This document shows, piece after piece, positions 1 to 8,984 of a DNA stretch of 64,000 nt (its first letter is position 1; each line of letters starts with the position of its first letter). Both the position numbers and the translations under genes were made by a program. Below the pieces are notes generated by a model. That model saw nothing but the letters and a program-made list of their open reading frames with translations, made no database searches and was not told the DNA's origin. Source of the DNA: an uncultured bacterium (lineage in GTDB: Bacteria; Muiribacteriota; UBA6191; CAZXTJ01; CAYOHP01); the NCBI GenBank assembly GCA_964403795.1, contig CAYOHP010000027.1:1257-65256 (forward strand), written 5' to 3'.

Positions 1-120
1 CTCCAGCTTCATCGCCTCGTTGAACAGAACCTCAAGCGCGGAGGCCATTCCGTCGAAACCTTCCTCGACAAGCAAAGTCATGACGCGATCGATCGCGGTA
101 GCGTCATCTGGGCGAGCCAT
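1..120 (-). CDS. IS256-family transposase, N-terminal part (runs off window edge)
   Basis: Not in ORF track. ATG at 120 with AAGGAG SD upstream translates MARPDDATAIDRVMTLLVEEGFDGMASALEVLFNEAMKLE, which resembles recalled IS256/mutator transposase N-termini (LL..GFDG...L.N.AM..E). Confidence 0.75.
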   Translation of the reverse strand, partial: MARPDDATAIDRVMTLLVEEGFDGMASALEVLFNEAMKLE

Positions 121-125
121 GGACT

Positions 126-157
126 GATCTCCTTTCAGGTTGTGCAACCTGGAGATC
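126..157. promoter_or_regulatory. Stem-loop overlapping the transposase SD
   Basis: gatctcc(ttt)caggttg-tg-caacctggagatc is an inverted repeat with a 3-nt bulge, covering ctcctt (AAGGAG on the minus strand). Confidence 0.5.
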
Positions 158-234
158 GGCTATGTCTCGCCCTTTCCTTTGCCGGTCACCTCGCGACCAG
201 CCAAGCCGATTTTCAGAACGGATGATGCGCTAGC

Positions 235-470
235 GATCCAAAAGCTGGAGCCCACGAAGAAGGTGGGCCAGATGATCCGTACCCAACTAATGGGGGGGCA
301 TCAACGCGGTAGTCGAGATGAGAACCAACGCCCGGGCCGAGGGGCTCAACTCGGTAGTCCAGTGGATGAAGGACACCGCCCGTGGCTACCGAAGCCGCGA
401 GCGGTTCCGGAATGCGATCTACTTCCACCTGGGAGGGCTCGACCTCTATCCGGCCGGAGTCATCTGCTGA
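235..470 (+). pseudogene. ISL3-family transposase C-terminal remnant, frameshifted and truncated
   Basis: KLEPTKKVGQMIRTQL, then +1 shift near 290-298, then GINAVVEMRTNARAEGLNSVVQWMKDTARGYRSRERFRNAIYFHLGGLDLYPAGVIC* (TGA 468-470). N..EGLNS..Q..K..ARG.R..F.AIYFH.GGLDLYP is the typical ISL3 C-terminus. Confidence 0.85.
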
Positions 471-500
471 GGCTCAACCTACCCGAAACCCGGAAGAGCC
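235..500 (+). mobile_element. ISL3-family element, right end
   Basis: Ends in cccgaaacccGGAAGAGCC at 500, matching the GGCTCTTC-type terminal IR of ISL3 elements. Confidence 0.75.
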
Positions 501-616
501 CCAAATTCCAGACCCGGAGTGTCTCAAGGTCGTTGACAGGTTCCGAGGGATATCGACCTGGAGCGAGTGCTGGAGGTCCCTGGAAGGCGGCCTTCGATCC
601 CCGCCTTCCGGGAGGG

Positions 617-1882
617 CTACAGGACGAGGGAGGCGCCTGCGAGACGACCCGTGAGCATGTCGGGAGTCCCGAAGGAGGGGCGATCCCGACCCCGGGGTCG
701 GGGGAGACTTTCCTTGCCGGGTGGGTGGGGGGCGGCGATGGTCGTCGGCTCGAGGCCAGCTAGGCTCGAAGGGGAGAGTCCCATGGCGAGACCCGCAGCA
801 CGGGCCGCCTCCCTGGAGACCTCCGCCACCGCGTTGGAGATCGTCGGCATGTAGAGGCGCGTCATCGCCAGGGAACGGTGGCGAGCGACTTGCATCAGCG
901 TCAAGTGGTCTCCGCGGGAGGCTCCTGCCGCGATGGTGATGAAGCTCCTGCGCAGGCAGTGGGTGCCCACGGTGTCCGCCTGATCCAGCCGGGCGCGGGC
1001 AGCGACCTTCTTCATGTAGTAGAGGCCGCTCCCGCAGAAGATCCGCTTGGACTTGAAGTGCTCGAGCTGGGGGAACAGGAGACCGGTGCGCTCCGAGCTG
1101 GCGTTCCAGAGCGTGACGATCCGGGCCAGTTCCGGGGTGATCAGGAGCAGGTCGTCGAGGGAAGAACGCTTCTGGTGGGATGGGCTGAGGATGCCTTCCT
1201 CCCAGAGGAAGTCCTCCCACCGCAGCAACACGGCCTCGCGGATGCGAAGGCCGGTGACGAGCATGATCCCGAACACCGTCGTCCAGAGCCTGCCCCTCTC
1301 GGAGGTGTCGGACCTGAGCGCCGCGAACAGGGAGGCGATCTCGCCTTCGGTGAGACGTCGGCGCGGGATGAGCTTGCCCAGGGGCACAGGCTCCGTCCGA
1401 AGCACGGGGTTCGAGCCGGAGATCAGCTCGGCCTGCAGCGCGGCGTTGAAGAGCATGGCGAGGAAGGTCCGGTAGAGGCGGACCGTCTTCGGGGCTCGTC
1501 GGGTCCGAAGTTCGTCGAGCCACGCCTGCAGGTGACGGGTCCGGATCGACCGGAGCCTCGTCTCCGCGCCGAATTCGGTCGCGACCTGATTCCAGAGGGA
1601 CCCGTAGGTCTCGATCGAGTCGGGCCGGAGATTCCTGCGCAGGCATCTCTGTTGGAGGGCGGCGAAGGCGTGCTTCAGGCGGGGGTGCCGGATCGAGGGC
1701 AGGGGGATCGCGGGGGGCATCGTGCTCGTTTCCAGGCCTGGGTAACCGCCCCATTGCCTGAGGTGGTCATGGGCCCACCCTGGAACCCCCGGCGGATCGA
1801 TGCCCGGTGTCGGGACATGGGGGAGGGGCTCTGAAGGAGACTCCGGCGGTGGCGACTCGGGCGGAGGGCCCGGTGTCCTCAC
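617..1882 (-). CDS. Tyrosine recombinase/integrase (alternative start ATG 1720)
   Basis: Catalytic set intact: TGLRIRE (R), HCLRR (HxxR), ARHRS (H), TRLY (Y). SAM-like N-domain (PKTVRLY). Confidence 0.9.
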   Translation of the reverse strand: MRTPGPPPESPPPESPSEPLPHVPTPGIDPPGVPGWAHDHLRQWGGYPGLETSTMPPAIPLPSIRHPRLKHAFAALQQRCLRRNLRPDSIETYGSLWNQVATEFGAETRLRSIRTRHLQAWLDELRTRRAPKTVRLYRTFLAMLFNAALQAELISGSNPVLRTEPVPLGKLIPRRRLTEGEIASLFAALRSDTSERGRLWTTVFGIMLVTGLRIREAVLLRWEDFLWEEGILSPSHQKRSSLDDLLLITPELARIVTLWNASSERTGLLFPQLEHFKSKRIFCGSGLYYMKKVAARARLDQADTVGTHCLRRSFITIAAGASRGDHLTLMQVARHRSLAMTRLYMPTISNAVAEVSREAARAAGLAMGLSPSSLAGLEPTTIAAPHPPGKESLPRPRGRDRPSFGTPDMLTGRLAGASLVL

Positions 1883-1895
1883 CGGAGCGGAGCGG

Positions 1896-3236
1896 CTACT
1901 TCTTGGCGCCGCGGCCGAAGAGCGATCCCAGCTTGCCGAGGAATCCTCCCTCGGAGGATCCGCTCGCGGCCTCTCGGAGGCTGGCGACCTCGGGATGGTT
2001 CCATTCCGCCAGGAGCCCGACCAGCTGCTCTGCCAGGACCTGGTCAGGCTTCTGCTTGAACTGTCTCTCCGAGAGGGTCTTGGCGGCCAGCTGGATCTCG
2101 CCCTGGCGCACCAGCTCCAGCACCCAGTCGAGGGCGTAGTTGACGTCCCCGGGCACCGCGGCGCTGGCCTTCTCGTAGCTCCGGATCGCCAGGTCGGACT
2201 TGCCCTGGGCGGAGTGGGCCTGGGCGGCCAGCCTGTGGAAGGCCGCCCGCTTGGGGGGAGGGAGGCTCTCGGCCTTGGAGGCGAGGTCGATCACCCGTGG
2301 GAACTCGCGCTGTTCGTAGGCCCGGCGCGCCCAGGCCAGGTGGGCGTCCTCGACCTTCCCGAAGAGGGCCTGCTTGTCCTCCTCGCTCTCGGTCGCGTAG
2401 AGCTTGCCGACGTCGATGAGGAGTTCCTTCGCCGTGGGATACCGGTGGGCCGGATCCTTGGCCAGGAGCCTTCCCAGGATCGCGTCCAGGATCTTGGGGA
2501 TTTCCGGCTCGATGCTCGAAGGCGGAGGGACCGGACGGGTCATCTCCTGGATCAGCTCCTCGACGGTCCGGGCCCGCACCACCTTGCGTCCGGTGAGGCA
2601 GTGGTAGATGACCGCCCCGAGGCTGTAGAGGTCGGACTGGGCCGTGAGGGGGCGGCCCATCATCTGCTCAGGCGATGCGTACTCCCCCATCAGTCCCACG
2701 TCGCCGATCTGGGTCTGGACGATCTGGTCGTCCGCCTTGGCGATCCCGAAGTCGAAGATGCGGGCCGTGCCGGCGTGGTCGATCATCACGTTGTCGGGTC
2801 GGATATCCCGATGGATGATCCCCTTGGAGTGGGCGAAATGGAGACCGGAGGCGATCTCCCCCAGGTAGCGGAAGGACTCGGCCACGAAGAGGGAGCCGCC
2901 CTCGGAACGGATCCGGGCATCCAGGGGCTCGCCCCTCAGGTACTCGACCGCGATGTAGCAGGGGTTGCCTTCGACATGGTCCTCCAGCAGGCCCAGCAGG
3001 TGGGGGTGCTTGAACTGGCCGAGGATGCTGGCCTCGCGCTGCAGTCTTCCCCGGAAGGACTGGACCTTCTCGTGGTGGGGGTGGAGCCGCTTGATGGCGG
3101 CCAGATCGAGGGTTCGCACGTCGAAGGCGAGGTGGACCTCGCACATCTTCCCCGACCCCAGCTCCTTGAGGATGAAGAAGTGGTCGAGAAACCCCCCGGT
3201 CCGGGTGGGGTGGTTCGGCGGATTCTTCACGGGCAT
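1896..3236 (-). CDS. Hanks-type Ser/Thr protein kinase with C-terminal TPR-like helices
   Basis: LGSG, AAIK, HRDIRPDN, DFG, YASPE, SDLYSLG; C-terminal AIRSYEKASAAVPGD TPR-like. Confidence 0.9.
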   Translation of the reverse strand: MPVKNPPNHPTRTGGFLDHFFILKELGSGKMCEVHLAFDVRTLDLAAIKRLHPHHEKVQSFRGRLQREASILGQFKHPHLLGLLEDHVEGNPCYIAVEYLRGEPLDARIRSEGGSLFVAESFRYLGEIASGLHFAHSKGIIHRDIRPDNVMIDHAGTARIFDFGIAKADDQIVQTQIGDVGLMGEYASPEQMMGRPLTAQSDLYSLGAVIYHCLTGRKVVRARTVEELIQEMTRPVPPPSSIEPEIPKILDAILGRLLAKDPAHRYPTAKELLIDVGKLYATESEEDKQALFGKVEDAHLAWARRAYEQREFPRVIDLASKAESLPPPKRAAFHRLAAQAHSAQGKSDLAIRSYEKASAAVPGDVNYALDWVLELVRQGEIQLAAKTLSERQFKQKPDQVLAEQLVGLLAEWNHPEVASLREAASGSSEGGFLGKLGSLFGRGAKK

Positions 3237-3510
3237 GGGGTCCCGTCCCTCGTTCCGGAGGAACCGTAGCCAGTGGAACCGGCCGGTTCAAGCGTCTTCT
3301 CGCCTACGCCCGAGCATCTGGCGGCGTGGCGGGAACCGGTCGATGGATTCCATGCAACCTTCCGGGGGAGGGTCCGTAGGTAGGTATGGCGACACGGGGA
3401 CGGCCTGGCGGCGAGCCGGTCCAATCCCAGTATCCAGAACGTGGATCCGGCTCGAGGTCGAGCCCCGGCGCCAGCTCCGAGTAGCGAGCACGAAGGAACG
3501 AGGAGACCGG

Positions 3511-4113
3511 ATGAAGCGCACGCGCTTCGGGCGCGCCCTTGTGGCCGCGCTCTGGACCATGGTTGCAGGAGCCGCCCAGGCTTCCAGCAGCAATCCCCCC
3601 GACTTCTACCCGGGCATGGCCGGCATGGCCTCCTGCATGACCTGCCACGACAGCTACTCCAGCTTCGGGGGGCCGGGCCAGGCGACGATCGAGGGACTTC
3701 CCGCGGGTTTCGACCCCGGAGCCGTCTACACCGTGACCGTGAAGGTCAAGCAGGCCGGGGCCAAGAAGTTCGGGTTCTCGCTGTACGCCGTCGATCAGAG
3801 CGCCCAGCAGGCCGGCCGGATCCTCTCGAACGACACCAAGCAGGACGTCCGGGTCGCCAAGGGCGTGTCCTTCGTCAAGAGCTCGTTCCAGAGCGTCGAC
3901 GCCGACGGGGAGCAGAGCTGGACCTTCCGCTGGAGGGCTCCCGAGGACCCCAACGCCCGGGTCGGGTTCTACGGCGAGGCCGTGGCGGCGGATGGGCACG
4001 GCTCGGTCCTGGATGACCGGGTGTACCGCATGGAGGCTGTGGTCCCGGCATCGGGCGCGATCCAGGCAGAGGCCCCGGAGTCCGGGGCCGACGTCCCGGG
4101 CTCGGCGGACTGA
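3511..4113 (+). CDS. Secreted Reeler/choice-of-anchor-V-like protein with one CxxCH
   Basis: AGGAG SD, ATG 3511, signal peptide (AAQA), SCMTCH, YTVTV, KFGF, WTFRWRAP. Confidence 0.7.
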   Translation: MKRTRFGRALVAALWTMVAGAAQASSSNPPDFYPGMAGMASCMTCHDSYSSFGGPGQATIEGLPAGFDPGAVYTVTVKVKQAGAKKFGFSLYAVDQSAQQAGRILSNDTKQDVRVAKGVSFVKSSFQSVDADGEQSWTFRWRAPEDPNARVGFYGEAVAADGHGSVLDDRVYRMEAVVPASGAIQAEAPESGADVPGSAD

Positions 4114-4143
4114 GCCCACCCCCGGGGCAGGTCCCGGTCCGGC

Positions 4144-6108
4144 GTGAAGGCTGGCGAGTTCGCAGCCCTCGAGCGAGCCCTGAGGATCGCTCCCGCGGAC
4201 ACCGGGCGATGGGGTGAACTGGTCGCCCTGGCAGGTCGGCTCGGCCAGCCGCGTCAGGGGATCGACCGGATCGGGGTCCTGCTCGCCGCCACCGGCCACG
4301 TACCCGAAGCCGTCCAGTGTCTCTTCGAGCTGGTCCGTGCCGCCGGGCTCGGCTACGGGGATCCCCGCTTCCCGAGCGGGTTCGACGAGATCCCCGAGCT
4401 GGTCGCCTTCGACCCCTCCGGGGAATGGCTGGTCCAGATCGGGAGGGACGGCAAGGTCGAGGTCCGGGAGGCCGAGGGCTTCGACCTGCTGGGTACGGCC
4501 AGGCTCCAGGGGCGGCCGGTCGCATGCAGTTTCCGCAGGGACGGGACCCGGTTCTCGGTGTGCACCCGGGACGGAGTCGCCCATGTCCTGGATCCCAGGG
4601 AAGGGATCCGGGCCCGGTGGACCTGTCCCGGCAGGGCCATCCTGGCCGTCGATCCCGACCTTGGAACCCTGGCCGTCACCGACGGAGCCGGGATCGCGCT
4701 GCTGCAAGTCGATCCCGGGTGCGAAGGCGAGGTGGCCTGGGACGATCGGGAGGTCCGGCCGGTCGTCGGAGGGCCCGCATCCTGGACCGCGGATCGGGTC
4801 GTCTTCGCTCCCGGCGGAGAACGCCTGGGAGCCGTATCCTCCGGGCGGAACCGCGCCCTCGTGACGGTTGCATGCGACCGGGCGCGGGTCCTGGCATGTA
4901 CGGAAGCGGTACCTGCCGATGCCTTCCGGATCGCCTTCTCGCCGGATGGGGATACCCTGGCAGCTGCCGGCTGGGTCGCTCCAGCGGGCATCTTCCGGAC
5001 CGAGGACCTGGTGCTCCTGGCACGAACCGAGACCTATCTCGACGGCTCTAGGGGGCTCTCCATCGGGACTGGGTCCCGGTTGCTCGGAGCCAGCCGGAGC
5101 CGCCTTCATCTCTTCGACCTCGGGACCGGGCGACAGATCCAGAAGCCGGCTCCGGGAACCGGCGAGGTCGAGACCTGTTGCCTCTCGCCGGATGGGGGGC
5201 GCCTGGCCAGCGCCAACCGGGATTTCTCGGAGGCGCAGGACGTAGGCACGGGACGAGCCCGAGGGGGACCCGTCGGACATCGGTCGAGGGTGGGCTCCCT
5301 GGCCGTGACGCGCGATGGGGGGCTCCTCACCCTCGACCAGAGCGGCGAGCTCCGTCGATGGGACCTGGCTACCGGCCGGTGTACCGCGGTCCAGAGGCAC
5401 ACCGGCCTCGGCTCCCTGGGTGCGAGCCCGGGCCGGGAACTGGTGGCAGCGGCCGGAACGACGGGGTACCGGATCCTGGACGGAGGGACCCTGGCTACGG
5501 TCGCGGAGTCGACCATGGACGTCCGGAGTCTGGACGAGATCCGCATCTCTCCTGACGGACGACGGATCCTGGTCCGGGAGGGTACCCACCGGATCGACCT
5601 CCTGGACCTGGCGACCGGGAGCCGGATGGCGGGAATGGCGGTTGCCGGCATCTGGCCGATGGCGATGGATTTCGCCGGTGGGTCCGATCGGATCGCGGTC
5701 TGGGGGCGCGGCGGTGCCTACTGGCTGGCGGTCGAGTCGAGGGAGGGCGCCGGAATGGCGTTTCGGGAGGTCGACGCCCAGCGGGGGTCAGGCAATTCCG
5801 TCCGGGCGACCGTGGTCGGAGGGAGGGTCGTGGTCTCGACCCCCCAGGGGATCCATCTGCTGGAGTCGGGTCGCGAGCCTTGGACGGTTCTGCCGGAGGA
5901 CTATCTCCCGGGACCCGTGACCGTCTCACAGGACGGCACCCGGATCGCCTATCGATGTCGGGACGGCCTCGCGGTCGTGGATCCCCGAACCGGTCCGCTA
6001 CCGATCGGGAAGATCGAGGCGGCGGATCCGGTCAGTCTGTGGTTCGCCCCGGACGGAGCCCTGCTCTTCGGCGACGGGTGGTGGGTGCGACGGCTGGACC
6101 CTTGGTAG
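4144..6108 (+). CDS. WD40/beta-propeller repeat protein with helical N-terminus
   Basis: Recurrent VAFDPSG, IAFSPDG, LSPDGGRLAS, ISPDGRRI, LRRWD motifs. Confidence 0.8.
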   Translation: MKAGEFAALERALRIAPADTGRWGELVALAGRLGQPRQGIDRIGVLLAATGHVPEAVQCLFELVRAAGLGYGDPRFPSGFDEIPELVAFDPSGEWLVQIGRDGKVEVREAEGFDLLGTARLQGRPVACSFRRDGTRFSVCTRDGVAHVLDPREGIRARWTCPGRAILAVDPDLGTLAVTDGAGIALLQVDPGCEGEVAWDDREVRPVVGGPASWTADRVVFAPGGERLGAVSSGRNRALVTVACDRARVLACTEAVPADAFRIAFSPDGDTLAAAGWVAPAGIFRTEDLVLLARTETYLDGSRGLSIGTGSRLLGASRSRLHLFDLGTGRQIQKPAPGTGEVETCCLSPDGGRLASANRDFSEAQDVGTGRARGGPVGHRSRVGSLAVTRDGGLLTLDQSGELRRWDLATGRCTAVQRHTGLGSLGASPGRELVAAAGTTGYRILDGGTLATVAESTMDVRSLDEIRISPDGRRILVREGTHRIDLLDLATGSRMAGMAVAGIWPMAMDFAGGSDRIAVWGRGGAYWLAVESREGAGMAFREVDAQRGSGNSVRATVVGGRVVVSTPQGIHLLESGREPWTVLPEDYLPGPVTVSQDGTRIAYRCRDGLAVVDPRTGPLPIGKIEAADPVSLWFAPDGALLFGDGWWVRRLDPW

Positions 6109-6129
6109 CGTCCGCCGAGGTGCCGGGGG

Positions 6130-7386
6130 TCACTCGTCGAGATCGGACTCGCTGCCCTGTTCCAGGGCCCGCTCGGTGTAGGCCTCGAGGTTGGTGAAGA
6201 ACTCGTCGCGCTCGCCCTCGGGGTGCCCTGCCGAGAAGATCCCCATGTCCCCGCGGTCCTTGAGGATGCGGAGCAGGTCGCGACCCATGGCCTTGGCGTC
6301 GACGACGACCGGCTCGACCGACCAGAAGCTCCCGTCGGTCTTCTCCTCCATGCGGATCCCCGAGGAGTTGGCCAGCTCGGCTCCCAGGCTCACCAGCTGG
6401 TCGTCCCGGAGCATCCCGTGGCTTGCCGGGTAGACGGTACGGGCGACCAGGCCCGGTCGGGAGGTGCGGATCCCCGCCACCGGACCTCCGTCGCCGGTGA
6501 TCAGCTCCTGAACCGCATTGCGAACCCGGTGGGCGGCAGCCGCCGGGTCCCTCTCCGTCAGCTCGGTGGTGCGGGGTTCGGCCCGGGGCGAGAATGCCTC
6601 GGCCGAGAACCGGTCGAAGAGTCCGACCCGCAACGCCTCGCTTGCAGATCCCGAGAACGACTGGGGGTCCTTGCACCAGTCCCGGGTGTAGACGACCGAT
6701 TCCTCGAACGTCCGCTGCCATTCGCTGCGGGGGAAGACCGAGGGCTTCCACTTCAGGTAGCCGTACCAGGAGGCCCAGAGGATCCCCTTCAAGGCCGTGA
6801 GGTAGGCGCCGTAACCCAGTCCTGCCAGCTCGGCATGGCGGCGGCTCACGACCTGGTTGTGGGCCCCGAACCGCTCGGCGTACTGGACGCTCGAGGTGTG
6901 GATCTGGTCCACGTCGAAGATCGCCTTCATCCCCTTGATCACGTCCCGCTCGTACCCCTCGCCCTGGTACCGGATCCGGGTCCCGAGGGTGATCTCCTTC
7001 TTCAGGTGGGTGAGTCCGCTCTCGCGGATGTAGCGGCCGTGGCCGGACACGTCCTGCTCCTGGTGGCTGGCCCACCCGTAGGCGAACGCCATGGTGCGGG
7101 AGTCGCGGGCGTTCTGGAGGAGGAGGAGACCGAAGTGGCGATCGAGGTGGACGTACTCCGGTCCGTGGAAGAGGTAGCCGTCCGGGCCGTAGCAGCCGTA
7201 GACGTAGGCGTCCCGGGTGGCGGAGGCCGAGAGCTCGCCGGGAACCTCGCCCGAGTAGCGGCGGAGCATGGTCTCGCCGATCACGGCATGTTCCGGCTGG
7301 CCCCATGCGAGGAGGCGGTCCGGAGAGACGCCCAGGAACAGGACGAGGATCGCGAGCCGGGCATGGCGAGTGCGGACCGAGGACAT
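6130..7386 (-). CDS. Secreted Zn-dependent phospholipase C / S1-P1-like protein
   Basis: Signal peptide followed by mature W-G-x-x-E-H start; GPD, H, GWASHxxxDxxxH metal-ligand pattern. Confidence 0.65.
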   Translation of the reverse strand: MSSVRTRHARLAILVLFLGVSPDRLLAWGQPEHAVIGETMLRRYSGEVPGELSASATRDAYVYGCYGPDGYLFHGPEYVHLDRHFGLLLLQNARDSRTMAFAYGWASHQEQDVSGHGRYIRESGLTHLKKEITLGTRIRYQGEGYERDVIKGMKAIFDVDQIHTSSVQYAERFGAHNQVVSRRHAELAGLGYGAYLTALKGILWASWYGYLKWKPSVFPRSEWQRTFEESVVYTRDWCKDPQSFSGSASEALRVGLFDRFSAEAFSPRAEPRTTELTERDPAAAAHRVRNAVQELITGDGGPVAGIRTSRPGLVARTVYPASHGMLRDDQLVSLGAELANSSGIRMEEKTDGSFWSVEPVVVDAKAMGRDLLRILKDRGDMGIFSAGHPEGERDEFFTNLEAYTERALEQGSESDLDE

Positions 7387-7430
7387 GCGCAACCTCCCGG
7401 GCTCCGGGGAGCCCCCCCGGGAATCGCCGG

Positions 7431-7937
7431 TCACCGACGCGGTACCGGCTGGTCGAGGATCTGGATGAAGTCGAGCCCCTCTTCGGAGCGGGGCAGGGTC
7501 ATCGAGGACTGGAAGGCGCGGACCACGTCCTCGGGCACGCAGCGTTCCCGCCGGCGATTGCGATCGAGGCAGAGGTCCACCGGAGGCGCCAGGAACAGGC
7601 AGCCGACCGACTTGCCCAGGGAGCGGGCCAGGTCGATGTAGGGCCGGCGGAGTTCGGTGGTGATGTGGGTGTTGTCCACCACCACCGGGCGCCCTGACTG
7701 CAGCTCGTGGCGGATCACGGCCATCTCGATCTCGGTGATCAGGGGCTCGACCTCCTGGCACCAGTCCTGGGGCCGCCAGGGCTTCTGGGTCGTCATCTGC
7801 TTGTGGAAGCAGCGGATCTCGTCGCGGTTGACCCGTCGACGGTCCGGGAACCAGTCGATCGCCAGGCTGGACTTCCCCGCCCCCTGGAGTCCCCCGATGA
7901 GAAGCAGGTCGACTTCAGAAGCGGGGAGCGTCAGCAC
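7431..7937 (-). CDS. P-loop kinase (AAA_33 / polynucleotide-kinase-like)
   Basis: GLQGAGKSS Walker A, VNRDEIR, VVVDNTH, LCLDRNRRRER lid motif. Confidence 0.8.
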   Translation of the reverse strand: MLTLPASEVDLLLIGGLQGAGKSSLAIDWFPDRRRVNRDEIRCFHKQMTTQKPWRPQDWCQEVEPLITEIEMAVIRHELQSGRPVVVDNTHITTELRRPYIDLARSLGKSVGCLFLAPPVDLCLDRNRRRERCVPEDVVRAFQSSMTLPRSEEGLDFIQILDQPVPRR

Positions 7938-8925
7938 CGAATGCCATCCTCCGGAACAGGGTCACGCGGGTCCCGAAGAGGATCCCGTCGATCTCGTGCC
8001 AGTCGGCGACCCGCTCGGCACCCTGGACGCCACCCGTCTCCCCGAGGATCAGGGTACGCAGGCCGTGGTTCCGATAGGCGATGGCGTCGGTCTTCTTGTC
8101 TCCGATGCCCAGGACCATGCGGGGGAAGCTCTCCTTGATGCGGGCCAGGGTCTGCGTCTTGTACTTGGCCTCGTCGTAGGTGGGGTACTTCTTCCAGTCG
8201 AGAAGGTAGACCGGCAGGCGGGGAAAGCCCCAATGGGCCAGCCACCGCTTGGTCACGTCGAGGAACTTGTTGGGACGGGCGGTCACGTAGACCACGTCAT
8301 GGGTCGCCAGGATCTTCGGCACCACGGCAGGGGAGTGTTCCAGGGGAAGGTCGTCGATCTTGCCCTTGATCACGTTCCAGTTGCTGGTGTGGCTCAGGGT
8401 GTGGTCGATGTCGAGGATCACGAGGTCGCGATCCGGGCTGCGGACCGAGCAGAGCAGGGTATCGGCGCCGGGGGCGTAATCGGCATCGCCGGCGAAGCGG
8501 ACCTCGACGGCGTGGTCGCCGAGCTCGCCTGCGTCCCAGGTAACGGTGGCGGTCCCGTCGTCGTCGGTCACGGCCGATCCGAGGAGTTCTCCGCCCCGGC
8601 GGAACTCGAGGGTCTTGCCGGGGAGGTCGCGGCGCCAGAAGCGGCGATCGTGCAGGTCGTCGCCCCCGACCAGGCGGGCGGCCACCAGGGCGTCAGGCGA
8701 GAGGAGGGGGGCATAGGCCGGGGCCCGCAGGGCCCGCTCGGCGGCCTCGCCGAAGCCCTCCCGCTCGAGCTTCGCGGTCAGGACGACGGTCCCGGTTCGG
8801 GCGACCTGGTCCCAGGCGGAGAGGATCACGTCCTTGCGGCCGGCCTGTGCGGTTCCGGTCGCGGCCGAGAGCGCCAGGACCAGGAGGGTCGTGGTCCTCA
8901 GGCGGGCGGGGGCGGCATGCCTCAT
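7915..8925 (-). CDS. Secreted HAD phosphatase (LNS2/lipin-like) with Ig-like N-domain
   Basis: Signal peptide; DIDHT (motif I), VTAR (II), K (III), GDKKTD (IV); TDDDGTAT Ig-like signature. Confidence 0.7.
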   Translation of the reverse strand: MRHAAPARLRTTTLLVLALSAATGTAQAGRKDVILSAWDQVARTGTVVLTAKLEREGFGEAAERALRAPAYAPLLSPDALVAARLVGGDDLHDRRFWRRDLPGKTLEFRRGGELLGSAVTDDDGTATVTWDAGELGDHAVEVRFAGDADYAPGADTLLCSVRSPDRDLVILDIDHTLSHTSNWNVIKGKIDDLPLEHSPAVVPKILATHDVVYVTARPNKFLDVTKRWLAHWGFPRLPVYLLDWKKYPTYDEAKYKTQTLARIKESFPRMVLGIGDKKTDAIAYRNHGLRTLILGETGGVQGAERVADWHEIDGILFGTRVTLFRRMAFGADAPRF

Positions 8926-8984
8926 GGGTGGCTTCTCCTCGATGCTCGACTCCGCCGTTCGATCGAGGATCGGCGAAGCCGCAG

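Larger units (their letters stand above)
1..234 (-). mobile_element. IS256-family element, left end (partial)
   Basis: Transposase start plus lower-GC leader. Putative terminal IR near 207-234 (gattttcagaacggatgatgcgctagc), where ISL3-like coding resumes; exact end is approximate. Confidence 0.55.

Noticed and set aside
533-538. Perfect TTGACA
   Set aside because: No -10 element at 16-18 nt spacing.
582-609. ggaaggcgg/ccgccttcc hairpin after the integrase stop
   Set aside because: No U-tract, and short GC-rich IRs are expected by chance; not called a terminator.
140-763. 207-aa plus-strand ORF as a real gene
   Set aside because: It is a chimera spanning the IS256 leader, a short in-frame piece of the ISL3 remnant and off-frame sequence.
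500-6108. Integron interpretation of the recombinase plus neighbouring genes
   Set aside because: No IntI-specific insertion and no attC-like repeats recognised between the genes.
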